Assembly (NCBI GenBank): GCA_965249135.1 | Contig: OZ252220.1 | Span: 1,952,001-2,016,000 of the forward strand | Source: Alphaproteobacteria bacterium | Lineage (GTDB): Bacteria; Pseudomonadota; Alphaproteobacteria; GCA-2746255 | Length of the DNA stretch: 64,000 nt | Direction: 5' to 3' | Shown here: positions 31,872 through 42,466 of the stretch, in pieces | Numbering within the stretch: the first letter of the stretch is position 1 | How the letters are laid out: each line of letters begins with the position of its first letter | The notes under the pieces: generated by a model | The model's database searches: none | Told to the model about the DNA's origin: nothing | Seen by the model: the letters and a program-made list of their open reading frames with translations, nothing else | Translations under genes and position numbers: made by a program

Positions 31872-33011
31872 ATGAAGAACGTAGTCATCGCTGGATATGC
31901 GAGATCTCCCTTTGCCTTCGCGAACAAGGGCGAGTTGATCAAGGTTCGACCGGACGATCTGGCTGCCCAGGTGGTCAAGGGATTGATCGAAAAAACCGGG
32001 GCTCGCACCGAGGACATCGAGGATCTGATCGTCGGCTGCGCCTTTCCGGAGGGCGAGCAAGGGCTGAACGCCGCCCGCCTGATCGGATTCATCGCCGAAT
32101 TGCCGATCGAAGTGGCAGGCGCCACGGTGAACCGTTTCTGCGGTTCCTCGATGCAGGCCATCCACATGGCGGCGGGCGCCATCCAGATGGATGCCGGCGA
32201 GGTTTTCCTTTGTGCCGGCGTCGAATCCATGACCCGCGTACCCCTGCCGGGGTTCAATCCGTTGCTCAATCCCGCCCTCTACGAAGCCTATCCGGAGGCC
32301 TACATATCGATGGGCGAGACGGCGGAAAGGGTTGCCACGCTCTATGACGTCTCCCGCGATGATCAGGAAGGCTTCGCCGTGGCAAGCCACCAGAAGGCGG
32401 CTGCGGCCCAGGCGAATGGCAAGTTTAATGACGAGATCGTACCGATCACCAGCAAGGATGGAACGATCAAAAAAGACGGCTGTATCCGGCCCGATACGAC
32501 GCTCGAAGCGCTATCCGCACTGAAACCGGCCTTCGATCAGGAAGGAACGGTGACCGCCGGGACCTCTTCCCCGTTGACCGACGGTGCCGCCGCGGTCTTG
32601 GTATGCACCGAGGACTATGCCGCAAGGACGGGTCTGAAGCCGCTGGCAAGGATTAAAAGCGTTGCCGTGGCGGGGTGTCGGCCGGAGATCATGGGCGTCG
32701 GTCCGGTAGGCGCGACCAGGAAGGCCCTGGCGCGTGCAGGGCTTAAGGTTGGCGATCTCGACGTCATTGAATTGAACGAGGCCTTCGCCTCGCAGTCTTT
32801 GGCCTCCATTCGTGAACTTGGCCTCGACATGGCAGCGGTCAATCTGGATGGTGGTGCGATTGCCCTTGGGCATCCGCTTGGCGCGACCGGAGCTCGGATC
32901 ACCGGCAAGGCCGCGCAGCTCCTGAAACGAGAAGGCGGCAGGTTTGCGCTCGCGACTCAATGTATTGGCGGCGGGCAGGGCATCGCGACCATTCTGGAGG
33001 TCGTTCAATGA
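31872..33011 (+). CDS. fadA: Acetyl-CoA C-acyltransferase (thiolase)
   Basis: NRFCGSS, NEAFA, GHPLGATG, CIGGGQG. Confidence 0.93.
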   Translation: MKNVVIAGYARSPFAFANKGELIKVRPDDLAAQVVKGLIEKTGARTEDIEDLIVGCAFPEGEQGLNAARLIGFIAELPIEVAGATVNRFCGSSMQAIHMAAGAIQMDAGEVFLCAGVESMTRVPLPGFNPLLNPALYEAYPEAYISMGETAERVATLYDVSRDDQEGFAVASHQKAAAAQANGKFNDEIVPITSKDGTIKKDGCIRPDTTLEALSALKPAFDQEGTVTAGTSSPLTDGAAAVLVCTEDYAARTGLKPLARIKSVAVAGCRPEIMGVGPVGATRKALARAGLKVGDLDVIELNEAFASQSLASIRELGLDMAAVNLDGGAIALGHPLGATGARITGKAAQLLKREGGRFALATQCIGGGQGIATILEVVQ

Positions 33012-35335
33012 CCGGCGTTGACAGGATCGCCGTCATCGGCGCCGGAGTCATGGGCGCCGGAATTGCCGCCCAAGTGGCGAATGCCAGAAAGCGCGTGGTG
33101 TTGTTGGATATCGTTCCCGAAGGTGCGGACAACCGGAATGTCATCGCCGAAGGGGCGATCACCAAAATGCTGAAGGCCGATCCCGCGCCCTTCATGCACA
33201 AGCGCAACGCGAAGCTTATTACCGCGGGCAATACCGAAGACCATTTCGACCTGCTGGCCGAATGCGACTGGATCATCGAGGCGGTGATAGAGAAACTGGA
33301 AGTTAAGCAAAGCCTGTACCGGAGGCTTGAGGATGTTCGAAAGCCGGGTTCGGTCGTTTCCTCGAACACATCGACCCTTCCCCTCGCAGTTTTGACGCGA
33401 GGCATGCCGGATAATTTTATCCGGGATTTTCTGATCACTCATTTTTTCAATCCGCCCCGTTACATGCGCCTTCTCGAAATCGTTGCCGGTAAGAGAACGC
33501 GTCCCGAGGCACTCGATACCATTCGCGTGTTCGCGGATATGGTGCTCGGCAAAAGTGTCGTCGGTTGCAAGGATACGCCTGGCTTTATTGCCAACCGCAT
33601 CGGCACCTTCTGGCTGCAATGCAGCGTCATTGAGGCGATGGACGCGGGGCTCACGGTCGAAGAGGCGGATGCCATCGTCGGCCGTCCGATGGGCATTCCC
33701 AAGACCGGCGTATTCGGACTTCTCGACTTGGTTGGGTTGGACCTCATGCCCCATGTCCTCGATGGGCTCGCTGGGGCTCTGGCAAAAGGAGACGCTTTCC
33801 ATGACGTCTACCGAAAGCCCGAGCTGATTGAGCGAATGATTGCCAAGGGCTACACCGGCCGTAAGGGCAAGGGCGGGTTCTACCGCCTCGATACGTCTAC
33901 GGGAAAACGAATCAAGGAAGCGATCGACCTCACAAGCGGTGAATACCGGACGGCCACGAAACCAACCTTCGCGAGCGTCAAGGCGGCGTGGAAAAAAGGG
34001 CTGCGCGCGTTGGTCGAGCACGACGACAAAGGCGGAAAATATGCATGGCGTGTTCTTTCAAAGACACTCGGTTACGCAGCCTCGCTCGTTCCAGAGATCG
34101 CCGACGACATCGTGGCGGTCGATGAAGCCATGCGGCTCGGTTACAACTGGAAGTACGGCCCCTTCGAGATGATCGATAGGCTCGGGCCGGCATGGTTTGC
34201 CGATCGATTGCATACCGCCGGCCTTCCCGTGGCGCCACTGCTTGAGCGGGCTGCCGACCGTCCGTTCTACCGGGTAGAAGAGGGGCGGCAGCAATACCTG
34301 ACCGTCGAGGGTGCCTACAAAGATTTGGTTCGTCCCGCTGGTGTCGAGATGCTGTCCGACATCAAGCACCGTTCGCAACCGCTTATCGCCAACCGGTCGG
34401 CCAGTCTGTGGGACGTCGGAGACGGGGTGGCCTGTCTCGAGTTCCATTCCAAGATGAACTCGCTCAACCTTGGCATTCTGTCCATGATCCGCAAGTCCAT
34501 CGACACGGTATCCGAACAGCACAAGGCCCTGGTGATCTACAACGAAGGTACCAATTTCTCGGTCGGTGCAAATTTGGTGCTGTTGCTGTTTCCGGCGCTG
34601 CTTCGTGCCAGGTTCTTGATCGGTTGGGTGATCGGTAAGGGCCAGGAGACGTTCAAGGGCCTCAAATACGCGCCGTTTCCTGTAATCGGGGCGCCATCGG
34701 GCATGGCACTGGGCGGCGGCTGTGAGGTTCTTCTTCATTGCGATGCGGTGCAGGCCCACGCCGAAACCTACACAGGCTTAGTGGAAACCGCCGTCGGGAT
34801 CATCCCCGGATGGGGCGGTTGCAAGGAGATGCTGACACGGTGGTGGGTCAATCCCCGCCGTCCCGGTGGTCCCATGCCGCCGATCCGCAAAGTTTTCGAG
34901 ACGATCAGCACGGCGACCGTCGCCAAGTCGGCGGATGAGGCGAAAGACTACCTTTTCCTGCGCCCCGAAGACGGGATCACCATGAACCGCTATCGGCTGC
35001 TCGCCGACGCCAAGGCCAAGGCGCTCACCCTGGTGGCCGATTACGTGCCGCCGGAGCCGGTCGAGGTTTCCCTGCCGGGGGCCAGCGCATTGGCCGCGAT
35101 GAAAATGGCCGTCGAGGACTTCCGAAGACTCGGTCTGGCGACCGCATACGATACGGTCGTGGCCGGCGTGTTGGCGACGGTTCTCAGCGGCGGCGATAGC
35201 GATGTCACGGAGACGTTGAACGAAGACGACTTATTAGTACTCGAGCGCCGGGCCTTCACCAGACTGGCGTGCCGGTCGGGCACCATTGCCCGTGTCAAAC
35301 ACATGTTGATGACTGGTAAGCCGTTGCGAAACTAG
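33008..35335 (+). CDS. 3-hydroxyacyl-CoA dehydrogenase / enoyl-CoA hydratase (FadN-like domain order)
   Basis: GAGVMG, SSNTS, HFFNPPRYM, GFIANRIG; C-terminal crotonase FSVGAN, ALGGGCE, GKPLRN. Confidence 0.92.
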   Translation: MTGVDRIAVIGAGVMGAGIAAQVANARKRVVLLDIVPEGADNRNVIAEGAITKMLKADPAPFMHKRNAKLITAGNTEDHFDLLAECDWIIEAVIEKLEVKQSLYRRLEDVRKPGSVVSSNTSTLPLAVLTRGMPDNFIRDFLITHFFNPPRYMRLLEIVAGKRTRPEALDTIRVFADMVLGKSVVGCKDTPGFIANRIGTFWLQCSVIEAMDAGLTVEEADAIVGRPMGIPKTGVFGLLDLVGLDLMPHVLDGLAGALAKGDAFHDVYRKPELIERMIAKGYTGRKGKGGFYRLDTSTGKRIKEAIDLTSGEYRTATKPTFASVKAAWKKGLRALVEHDDKGGKYAWRVLSKTLGYAASLVPEIADDIVAVDEAMRLGYNWKYGPFEMIDRLGPAWFADRLHTAGLPVAPLLERAADRPFYRVEEGRQQYLTVEGAYKDLVRPAGVEMLSDIKHRSQPLIANRSASLWDVGDGVACLEFHSKMNSLNLGILSMIRKSIDTVSEQHKALVIYNEGTNFSVGANLVLLLFPALLRARFLIGWVIGKGQETFKGLKYAPFPVIGAPSGMALGGGCEVLLHCDAVQAHAETYTGLVETAVGIIPGWGGCKEMLTRWWVNPRRPGGPMPPIRKVFETISTATVAKSADEAKDYLFLRPEDGITMNRYRLLADAKAKALTLVADYVPPEPVEVSLPGASALAAMKMAVEDFRRLGLATAYDTVVAGVLATVLSGGDSDVTETLNEDDLLVLERRAFTRLACRSGTIARVKHMLMTGKPLRN

Positions 35336-35383
35336 TCGAGGCGTCAAGGAGCTCGCGTCGAAAGAAAAGAAAAGGATGCCGTC

Positions 35384-37801
35384 ATGGAAACGTTGCTAAT
35401 TGCGATCGGTGTGATCCTTCTTCTCGGCCTTCTCTATGCCGGAAGAGGTTATTGGGCGTGGATTGCCCTGACGGCCGCAGTTCTCCTCGCTTGGGTTATT
35501 GGCGGGATCGAATCGCTTGAAGCCTTCGCCGTCGTGGCCGTTGCTGCCTTTACCATTGCGCTCCTTTTCGGCATTTTCGCGATCCGCCGGACGCTTGTTT
35601 CGTCCCCCCTGATGCGACTCGTCGGTAAGGCGCTCCCGATCATGGGAGACACCGAACGGATCGCCCTTGAAGCGGGAACCGTCTGGTGGGATGGCGAGCT
35701 TTTCTCCGGCAATCCCGACTGGCAGAAATTGATCGACTTCGAATCACAGCCCTTAACAGGGCAAGAACGGGCTTTCCTTGATGGTCCCGTCGAGGAACTA
35801 TGCGCCAAGCTCGACGATTGGCAAATCGCCCAGGCCAGGGACATCCCCCAGGAGGCTTGGGATTTTCTGAAGCAGCATCGTTTCCTGGGCATGATCATTC
35901 CCGAGAAATACGGTGGGCTTGGATTCTCGGCGATCGCGCATTCCGCCGTCATCGCCAAGATCTCCAGCCGAAGTGCCGCCGCCGGTGTGACCGTGATGGT
36001 TCCCAATTCCCTCGGCCCCGGCGAACTCTTGCTCCATTACGGAACCGACGCACAGAAGGATTACTATCTGCCGCGCCTCGCGCGCGGTGAGGAAATCCCG
36101 TGCTTTGCCCTGACTGAGCCGACGGCCGGTAGCGATGCGGCCTCCACGACCAGCACCGGCATCGTTTGCCACGGCACCTACGAGGGGAAAGAAGTGTTGG
36201 GCATGCGGCTCAACTGGGAGAAGCGCTACATCACGCTGGCACCCATTGCCACGGTGATCGGCCTTGCCTTCCGGCTTTACGACCCGGACGGTCTCATAGG
36301 CGATGAGGAAGATCTGGGGATCACCTGCGCCCTGCTGCCAAGGGACCTGCCGGGAATCGAAATCGGCAACCGTCACGATCCCATGGGCGTTCCATTCCCC
36401 AACGGCCCGATTTTCGGAAGGGGCGTCTTTGTCCCCTTGAGCTTCATCATCGGCGGCCCAGATGGGACCGGCCAAGGTTGGCGGATGTTGATGGAATCCC
36501 TGGCGGCGGGCCGCTCGATCTCACTGCCGTCGCTTTCGATTGCCGCCGCCCAGACGGCGACCCGCGTCGTCGGCGCCTATGGCACAATCCGCGAACAATT
36601 CGGCCTGCCGATCGGTCGTTTCGAGGGCGTGGAGGAAGCCATCGCCCGGATCGGCGGCTACACCTACCTTATGGATGCGGCTCGCAGGCTGACCTGCGGT
36701 GCCGTGGATGCCGGCGAAAAACCGGCCGTGCTTAGCGGGATCGTCAAGGCCTACCTTACCGAAATCATGCGGAGCGTTCTCAACGACACCATGGACATTC
36801 GTGCCGGCGCCGAAATCTGCCGCGGGCCGAAGAACACCATCGGTCGCACCTACACGGCCGTTCCGATTGCGATCACGGTGGAGGGAGCAAATATCTTGAC
36901 CCGATCCCTGATCATCTATGGGCAGGGTGCGGTTCGTGCACACCCCTTCGTCCGCGAAGAGATGGAGGCCATAGGGCGGAAAGATCTGGCCCGGTTTGAT
37001 CGCGCCTTCTTTGGTCACGTCAATTTCTTTTTCCGCAACTTCGTCCGAGCCTTCCTCCTCGGGCTCACCGGCGGCCGTTTCGTAAGCGCGCCCATCGGCG
37101 GTCCTTCGGCCCGGTACTACCGGGCGTTGTCGCGATGGAGTGCAGCCTTCGCCCTGGTTTCCGATTCGGCGTTGGCAATCTTCGGGGGCGAACTGAAGCG
37201 GCGCGAGAAAATTGGCGGACGTCTTGCCGATGCCTTGGCTTGGCAATATCTCGCTTCGGCGACTCTCAAGCGTTTCTACGACGAAGGCCAGACGCCGCGG
37301 GACGAAGCGGTGATGCGCTGGGCGGCAACCCAAGCCTTGGCGAAGATCGAGGAAGCGCTCGGCGGCGTCCTCGACAACCTTCCCAACCGACCGGTAGCGT
37401 GGTTGCTCAGGCTCATCGTATTGCCTTGGGGCTTTTCCATGCGGCCACCGTCCGACGCACTCGGCACCAAGGTGGCAGCGGCAATTTTGAATGATGGCGA
37501 GTTACGCCGTCACCTGACTCCCGACGTCTACGTGCCATCAGCTCAGGAGGACGGGCTGGGCGTCCTCGAATTCGCACTTATCAAGGTCGTCGAGGCGCAA
37601 CCGGCCAAGGTCAAGCTCCGCAATGCCATGCGCGATGGCCGGCTCAAAGGCGTCACCGCCGATGATCTTGCCGCCGCGGTTTCGGCGGGGATCGTCACCG
37701 ACACCGAACGTCGCAGTCTCGAAGAAGCGGACGCGGCACGCAACGCGGCAATCCAGGTCGACGTCTTCGAACCGGATGTCTACTACTCCCTCAAGGGCTA
37801 G
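35384..37801 (+). CDS. fadE: Membrane-anchored acyl-CoA dehydrogenase
   Basis: N-terminal TMs, ALEAGTVWW, MVPNSLGPGELL, ITVEGANILTR, long C-terminal extension. Confidence 0.93.
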   Translation: METLLIAIGVILLLGLLYAGRGYWAWIALTAAVLLAWVIGGIESLEAFAVVAVAAFTIALLFGIFAIRRTLVSSPLMRLVGKALPIMGDTERIALEAGTVWWDGELFSGNPDWQKLIDFESQPLTGQERAFLDGPVEELCAKLDDWQIAQARDIPQEAWDFLKQHRFLGMIIPEKYGGLGFSAIAHSAVIAKISSRSAAAGVTVMVPNSLGPGELLLHYGTDAQKDYYLPRLARGEEIPCFALTEPTAGSDAASTTSTGIVCHGTYEGKEVLGMRLNWEKRYITLAPIATVIGLAFRLYDPDGLIGDEEDLGITCALLPRDLPGIEIGNRHDPMGVPFPNGPIFGRGVFVPLSFIIGGPDGTGQGWRMLMESLAAGRSISLPSLSIAAAQTATRVVGAYGTIREQFGLPIGRFEGVEEAIARIGGYTYLMDAARRLTCGAVDAGEKPAVLSGIVKAYLTEIMRSVLNDTMDIRAGAEICRGPKNTIGRTYTAVPIAITVEGANILTRSLIIYGQGAVRAHPFVREEMEAIGRKDLARFDRAFFGHVNFFFRNFVRAFLLGLTGGRFVSAPIGGPSARYYRALSRWSAAFALVSDSALAIFGGELKRREKIGGRLADALAWQYLASATLKRFYDEGQTPRDEAVMRWAATQALAKIEEALGGVLDNLPNRPVAWLLRLIVLPWGFSMRPPSDALGTKVAAAILNDGELRRHLTPDVYVPSAQEDGLGVLEFALIKVVEAQPAKVKLRNAMRDGRLKGVTADDLAAAVSAGIVTDTERRSLEEADAARNAAIQVDVFEPDVYYSLKG

Positions 37802-37843
37802 GGGCCTAGGCTCGAGTCCTGGTACGACTACGTTTTTTTTCAA

Positions 37844-38288
37844 TCAGTTCGATTGTTGTTCAGGATGAGTCGACCCACCTAGGGTCAACCATTTGTCGTC
37901 CTTGCGTAGGATGAAGAGGGCGACAAGTGCACCAAGTACAGGTACGGCAGCCCAGAACAGGTGATTGATATCGCTGTAAGGATTGGCGAGTTGTCCAATG
38001 GTGGATAGCGTCGAGGCCGTATGCATGAGGAGGACAGCGCCGTAAGTCCAAATCTTCCAAAGTCCGCAGGCGAAGGCGAGGATGATAGCGGTCTGAACGG
38101 CGCCGACGAAGATGGAGCCCATGGCGGGAAGCGATTCGATGAAATAAAAGGCTTGAAACACACTGGCCGCTCTCTCAGGCGCGGCAATCTTCTCGATGGA
38201 CCAGACAAAGAAAGAAGGCCGCGGCCGTTAAACGAATAACGGCAAGGCCAAACTCGAGACGGCGTGTGCTTAGGATTTCATTTAACAT
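37844..38288 (-). pseudogene. DoxX-family membrane protein, frameshifted
   Basis: MLNEILSTRRLEFGLAVIRLTAAAFFL continues as VWSIEKIAAPE... only after removing one T (38207-38209); C-terminal NHLFWAAVP..GAL..LF.LR..D. Confidence 0.7.
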
Positions 38289-38318
38289 ATCTATCGAAAA
38301 TCGTAGGCTTTTTTTAGC

Positions 38319-38531
38319 CTAAAGGGCCATAGATTCCCCTTCCAAGGCTTCTTCCTGTGCTTGTTCCTCGATTTTCCAGCAAGCGTCACAAAGATCAACA
38401 AGCCTGCCACCACACGGGCAATCTTCGATTTCAGGGTCCGGATGGTGTGCCAGAATGCGCGACGTCGTCGCCACCGTTTCGATACCCTTTCGGATGCAGA
38501 TTTCGCAGAGGTCCTTCGGTTCGGATGACAT
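38319..38531 (-). CDS. Small Cys-rich hypothetical protein (CxxC-CxC-CxxC)
   Basis: GGAGG RBS before ATG 38531; 70 aa with CEIC, HH, CPC, CDAC and an acidic tail. Confidence 0.6.
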   Translation of the reverse strand: MSSEPKDLCEICIRKGIETVATTSRILAHHPDPEIEDCPCGGRLVDLCDACWKIEEQAQEEALEGESMAL

Positions 38532-38852
38532 TCGATCCTCCGGCAAGTCCGATTGTTGTAGATACAAGCAACCTCATCATAGCGTAATTTTAAGGGGCTG
38601 GAAAAGGGCTCTTCGGCAACGGTCAGGGCGGCGGGCGAATCCAACTGCCTTCCCATGGACTTATCCAACAAGCCAACCCGTCGCGCTCGGTTTCTGGTAA
38701 AATCTGGGCAAACAACAGATTGCCCTTGTCCATGGGCGCGTACGGAAACATGAGAGGGCTCGATGGCTTCCCGATTCAAGTTCACCATTGCCGCAGCAAT
38801 TTTTGCCATTCTGTGGTGGTTGATTGCGAATTTCCTATAATAACCGCTTCGA

Positions 38853-39470
38853 ATGACGACTAGACTTTCACCAATGCAGGCAAGGGGATTTCGAAAAAAG
38901 GTAATTCTTTTTGCCATTCTCATTTTTGCACTCGCAGGCATTGGCGGCTTTTTCGCCTTCAAAAATGAGGTCGGGCGGATCGCCAGCATCCCCAATCTCT
39001 CCCCGGAGGAACTCTCCCAGGGCCTTTCCACGCGTAAGGAAGATTTCGTTCCCTTTGACGTGCGAACGCCGGCAGAGTTTAGAGAAAGCCACCTTGCGGG
39101 AGCGATCCGGATCGAGCCCGGGATGAAGGCGCAAGGCTTTGCTCGGGAGCATGGGGATCGGCTGGAGGGGAAGACCGTGGTTTTCTATTGTACGCTTGGT
39201 GTGCGCAGCACGCGGCTTGTCCATCGAATCCGGGATCGCCTGGAAGGCCTAGGCATTACCGCCTTCTATAACCTGAGCGGCGGCATCTTCCGATGGTCGA
39301 GGGAAGGCTATCCCGTCGTGAGGACAGAAACACCGGTGGACAGCCCCTTTACCCGCCGATCACCGATCGTTGATGAAGTTGCTGCACAACAGCGCTTTGC
39401 TCACGTTTCTCCTCGGGATAAAACAGGGTTTTCCATTACCGCTCCGATGGGTGAGGGGGACGCGCCATGA
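38853..39470 (+). CDS. Rhodanese-like protein with N-terminal membrane anchor
   Basis: FDVRT..EF..SHL.GA, active loop FYCTLGVRS, NLSGGIFRW. Confidence 0.85.
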   Translation: MTTRLSPMQARGFRKKVILFAILIFALAGIGGFFAFKNEVGRIASIPNLSPEELSQGLSTRKEDFVPFDVRTPAEFRESHLAGAIRIEPGMKAQGFAREHGDRLEGKTVVFYCTLGVRSTRLVHRIRDRLEGLGITAFYNLSGGIFRWSREGYPVVRTETPVDSPFTRRSPIVDEVAAQQRFAHVSPRDKTGFSITAPMGEGDAP

Positions 39471-40635
39471 GCACGACGACACTCGATAAGGACGCCGCCG
39501 TTTTACGCCGTTATGCGGCAGCGTCGCAGGTTCGCGAAGAGGCCTTATGCTGCGCCCCGCAATACGACCCCGCCTATCTCAAAATTCTGCCCAAGGAAAT
39601 TATCGAACGCGACTATGGCTGCGGAGATCCGACCTCTTACGTTCGTGAAGGCGAGACGGTGTTGGATTTGGGAAGCGGCAGCGGTAAAACCTGCTATGTG
39701 CTTTCGCAGGTCGTAGGGTCGTCCGGCCGTGTGATCGGCATCGATTTTAATCCCGACATGCTTGCCTTGGCGGAAAAGCACCGCCTCACAATCGCCAAGC
39801 GGATCGGCTGGGACAACGTCACCTTTTGTCGGGCTCGGATTCAAGACCTTCGGACGGATATCGGGGTCCTCGAGAAGCAAATTGCCGAGAAACCGATCGC
39901 CAGTTACGAGGATTACAGCGCTTTCGAATCTCATCACCGCGAGATGGTGACGCCACTCATTGCCGACAATAGCATCGACGTCATCGTCTCGAGCTGTGTG
40001 CTGAATCTTATCCATCCGGATGAAAAACAACTGCTATTCCAGGAGATGTATCGCGTGCTGAAAGTAGGCGGGCGCGTGGCGATCTCGGATATTGTGTCGG
40101 ATGAAGAGGTCCCGGCACGCCTACGCGAAGATGCGGAGCTCTGGTCCGGTTGTGTTTCTGGTGCCTTTCAGGAGACGGCCTTCCTGCGTGCGTTCGAAGA
40201 AGTGGGTTTCTACGGGATTTCGATCGAAAAGCGCGACTCGACTCCATGGTGCACCGTCGAGGGTGCACCGTCGAGGGAATCGAATTTCGGTCCGTAACGG
40301 TAACCGCTCACAAGGGCAAGGAGGGCCCTTGCTGGGAGCGCAATCAGGCAGTGATCTATAAGGGCCCTTGGCGGGAGGTACAGGACGATGACGGTCACGT
40401 TCTGCAACGCGGCGTACCGACGGCCGTATGTGACAAAACCTATCGGATTTTCACCCCCCCGTATAAGGGCGAGATCGATCCAGTGTCTCCTCGGGTCGAT
40501 ATTCCTTTGGAACAAGCCCATCCCTTCGACTGTTTACGCACCGTCGCACGTCATCCCAGAGAGACGAAGGGGATGGACTACGACGTCACCACGGAAGCGG
40601 CCGACGTTTGCGGATCGGAGAAGGATTGTTGTTGA
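39467..40635 (+). pseudogene. ArsM-like SAM-dependent methyltransferase, frameshifted by a 14-bp duplication
   Basis: ALCC, DYGCGDP, LDLGSGSG, SSCVLNL, LWSGCVSGA; C-terminal KGKEGPC..AVCDKT..CC in another frame; GGTGCACCGTCGAG x2 at 40248-40275. Confidence 0.8.
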
Positions 40636-40653
40636 GAGTGAGGCCGTGGCCGC

Positions 40654-41130
40654 TTAGAGCCGTTCCGCGATAGCGTCTGCGTCGGGAGCCAGGTTTGCCA
40701 GAGTGGCGACCACTTCTTCCCACTGACCGGGCTTCATTTGTTGGACAAGCTGGGTTTGTACTTTCGTCCAAAGCGGCAGGGCTTCCTTCAGTCGCTTAAC
40801 CCCTTTCGCGGTTAGGGCAAGCTCCTTATGGCGCTGCTTGGGACGGGCCTTCACCTTGATCAGACCATCCCGTTTAAGCGGCCTTAGATTGCGGGAAAGG
40901 GTTGAGGGATCCATCGCCATCTCCTGGGCAAGGCCCGAGATTGTTGGCCGATCCGCAAGCGCCGTACTGACCAGGATGGCCATTTGGTTTGCATGAAGCC
41001 CTGTGGGAGCCAGTGCTTCGTCGTAGAGCCGCGTCACCGCTCGGGAGGATCGCCGCAAGTTGTGGCAAACACAGACCTTTCTAGTCCGAGCAAATTTCTT
41101 AAGTTCTTCGCGATTCCATGCATCCGGCAT
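40654..41130 (-). CDS. MarR family regulator with N-terminal CxC
   Basis: CVCHNLRR..R.VT.LYD.AL, MDPSTLSRNL.PL.R.GL, LT.KG; start uncertain (41130 or 41136). Confidence 0.85.
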   Translation of the reverse strand: MPDAWNREELKKFARTRKVCVCHNLRRSSRAVTRLYDEALAPTGLHANQMAILVSTALADRPTISGLAQEMAMDPSTLSRNLRPLKRDGLIKVKARPKQRHKELALTAKGVKRLKEALPLWTKVQTQLVQQMKPGQWEEVVATLANLAPDADAIAERL

Positions 41131-41229
41131 GTGCATATCCCTTGATACTATCTCGGCAAGATAAGGAAAGCCGAACAATCCCACAACTTCCCAGCTTTTG
41201 GCGGCCTCTCGTCTGCTGACAAAAAACTC

Positions 41230-41281
41230 TCACAAATTTGTGATCGTCCAGAATTTGAACAGGCAAGTCCGTGTATATACA
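41230..41281. promoter_or_regulatory. Palindromes in the divergent marR / P460 intergenic region
   Basis: TCACAAATTTGTGA (41230-41243) and TGTATATACA (41272-41281). Confidence 0.45.
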
Positions 41282-41425
41282 ATCAAATATATATGGAACG
41301 ATTCTAAAAATCAAAAACAAATCTCACTTACGGATTAAGAGGATCTCCTGAGGTTGGAACGTACCGAAGGAGGAAATGCAGAAGAAAAAAGTTGGTGTAA
41401 TGCGACTTGGAATCAGGAGACTCCG

Positions 41426-42360
41426 ATGAGTGCAGATTCCCTAAAAACCCTTAAATCCGTTTTGCTATCCGGCACCATGCTTCCTTTGGTGGCGGGGGCA
41501 GGCGTTATTGCGATTGGCGTGACGCTTGGTGACACCCCTGTGCAAGCCGAGCAGCTCGCGGGCTATTACAAAAATCAGGGAACGAAGAATCCCTGTGCCG
41601 CGAAGAATCCCGATATGGCAAGGCGGGGCTGCAACCCTTGTAACCCTTGCGCGGCGAAGGGCTGTACCCCTGTGGCCCGTGCGGTCCATGCGGTGCCGCT
41701 GCAGGCCCAGAGCTTTCGGATAAGGAAGCAGACGCGCTTTATAAGAAGCTCAAGGGCAAGATGGCGAAGGCCTACAAGCAATCCGGTCTTCCCTTCGCCG
41801 CCTATTACCAGACCTGGAAACGCTTCAATACCGTCCCATACGTTTCCGCCACCCATGGCGGTCGTTATGTGAACAACTATGGGAACGCGAAGGCAGGCGC
41901 ATACAGAAAATTCGAAGAAGCTGGGAAGATGCCCAAAAGCGCCATCCTTGTGAAAGACAGCTTCACGAGCGTGGCTGCGAAAGGATGCAACCCCTATAAT
42001 CCCTGTGCGGCGAAGAACCCTTGTGCGGCGAAAGGATGCAATCCCTGCAACCCCTGCGCGGCGGAGAACCCTTGTGCGGCCAAGGGCTGCAACCCTTGCA
42101 GCCCGTGCGGTCCCTGCAACCCATGTGGGGCTACATCGAAATCTCCCATTGGTCCCCTCTTCGTCATGGAAAAGATGGGAGAAGGATTCTACCCCGCGAG
42201 CGGCGATTGGCGTTACACGATGGTCTTGCCAAACGGGCAGGTCTTTGGGACGACGAAGGGAAAGGGCTCCGACAAGGTTGAGTTCTGCATAACCTGTCAC
42301 GTAGCTGCGGAAGATTACGATCACTTGATGTTCTTGCCGGACGAATATCGGAAAAAGTAA
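41426..42360 (+). CDS. Secreted cytochrome P460-family protein with two Cys-rich NPCAAK repeat blocks (1-nt frameshift at about 41666)
   Basis: AGGAG RBS, signal peptide ending VQA; [33 protein letters not shown]...GDW.Y, C-terminal CITCH; restoring one A (TGT-AAC-CCC) joins the two ORFs. Confidence 0.8.
41585..41694 (+). repeat. NPC/GPC repeat block 1 (8 Cys after frameshift repair)
   Basis: [27 protein letters not shown][N]PCGPCGPCG. Confidence 0.85.
41974..42129 (+). repeat. NPC repeat block 2 (12 Cys) inserted within the P460 domain
   Basis: [52 protein letters not shown]. Confidence 0.9.
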
Positions 42361-42466
42361 CCGAAACCGGCATCCGAACATCCAAGCACTTTGGCCCATC
42401 CGCGGCGGCATCGCGTTAAAACGTGAGTCGCCCGGTGGTGTCAAGGTGCAAGTCTAGGGAAGAATC

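Noticed and set aside
38280-38307. ATTTAACATAT as the XerD arm of a dif site
   Set aside because: No plausible XerC arm, and it overlaps the doxX start codon; the same word at about 49910 also lacks a partner arm.
38291-39031. 246-aa minus-strand ORF, and other long antisense ORFs (e.g. 13754-14638, 33005-34021, 48950-49906)
   Set aside because: Shadow frames of well-supported genes in GC-rich DNA, with no recognisable motifs.
40620-40640. TGT-TGT-TGA at the end of the methylase as a selenocysteine codon
   Set aside because: Terminal CC followed by a stop is usual for ArsM-like proteins; no SECIS-like hairpin evident and the convergent marR ends 19 bp later.
41585-42129. Repetitive AACCCTTGCGCGGCGAAG-like DNA as a possible CRISPR array
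   Set aside because: Repeats vary at third codon positions, have no unique spacers and encode NPCAAK peptide repeats; no cas genes present.
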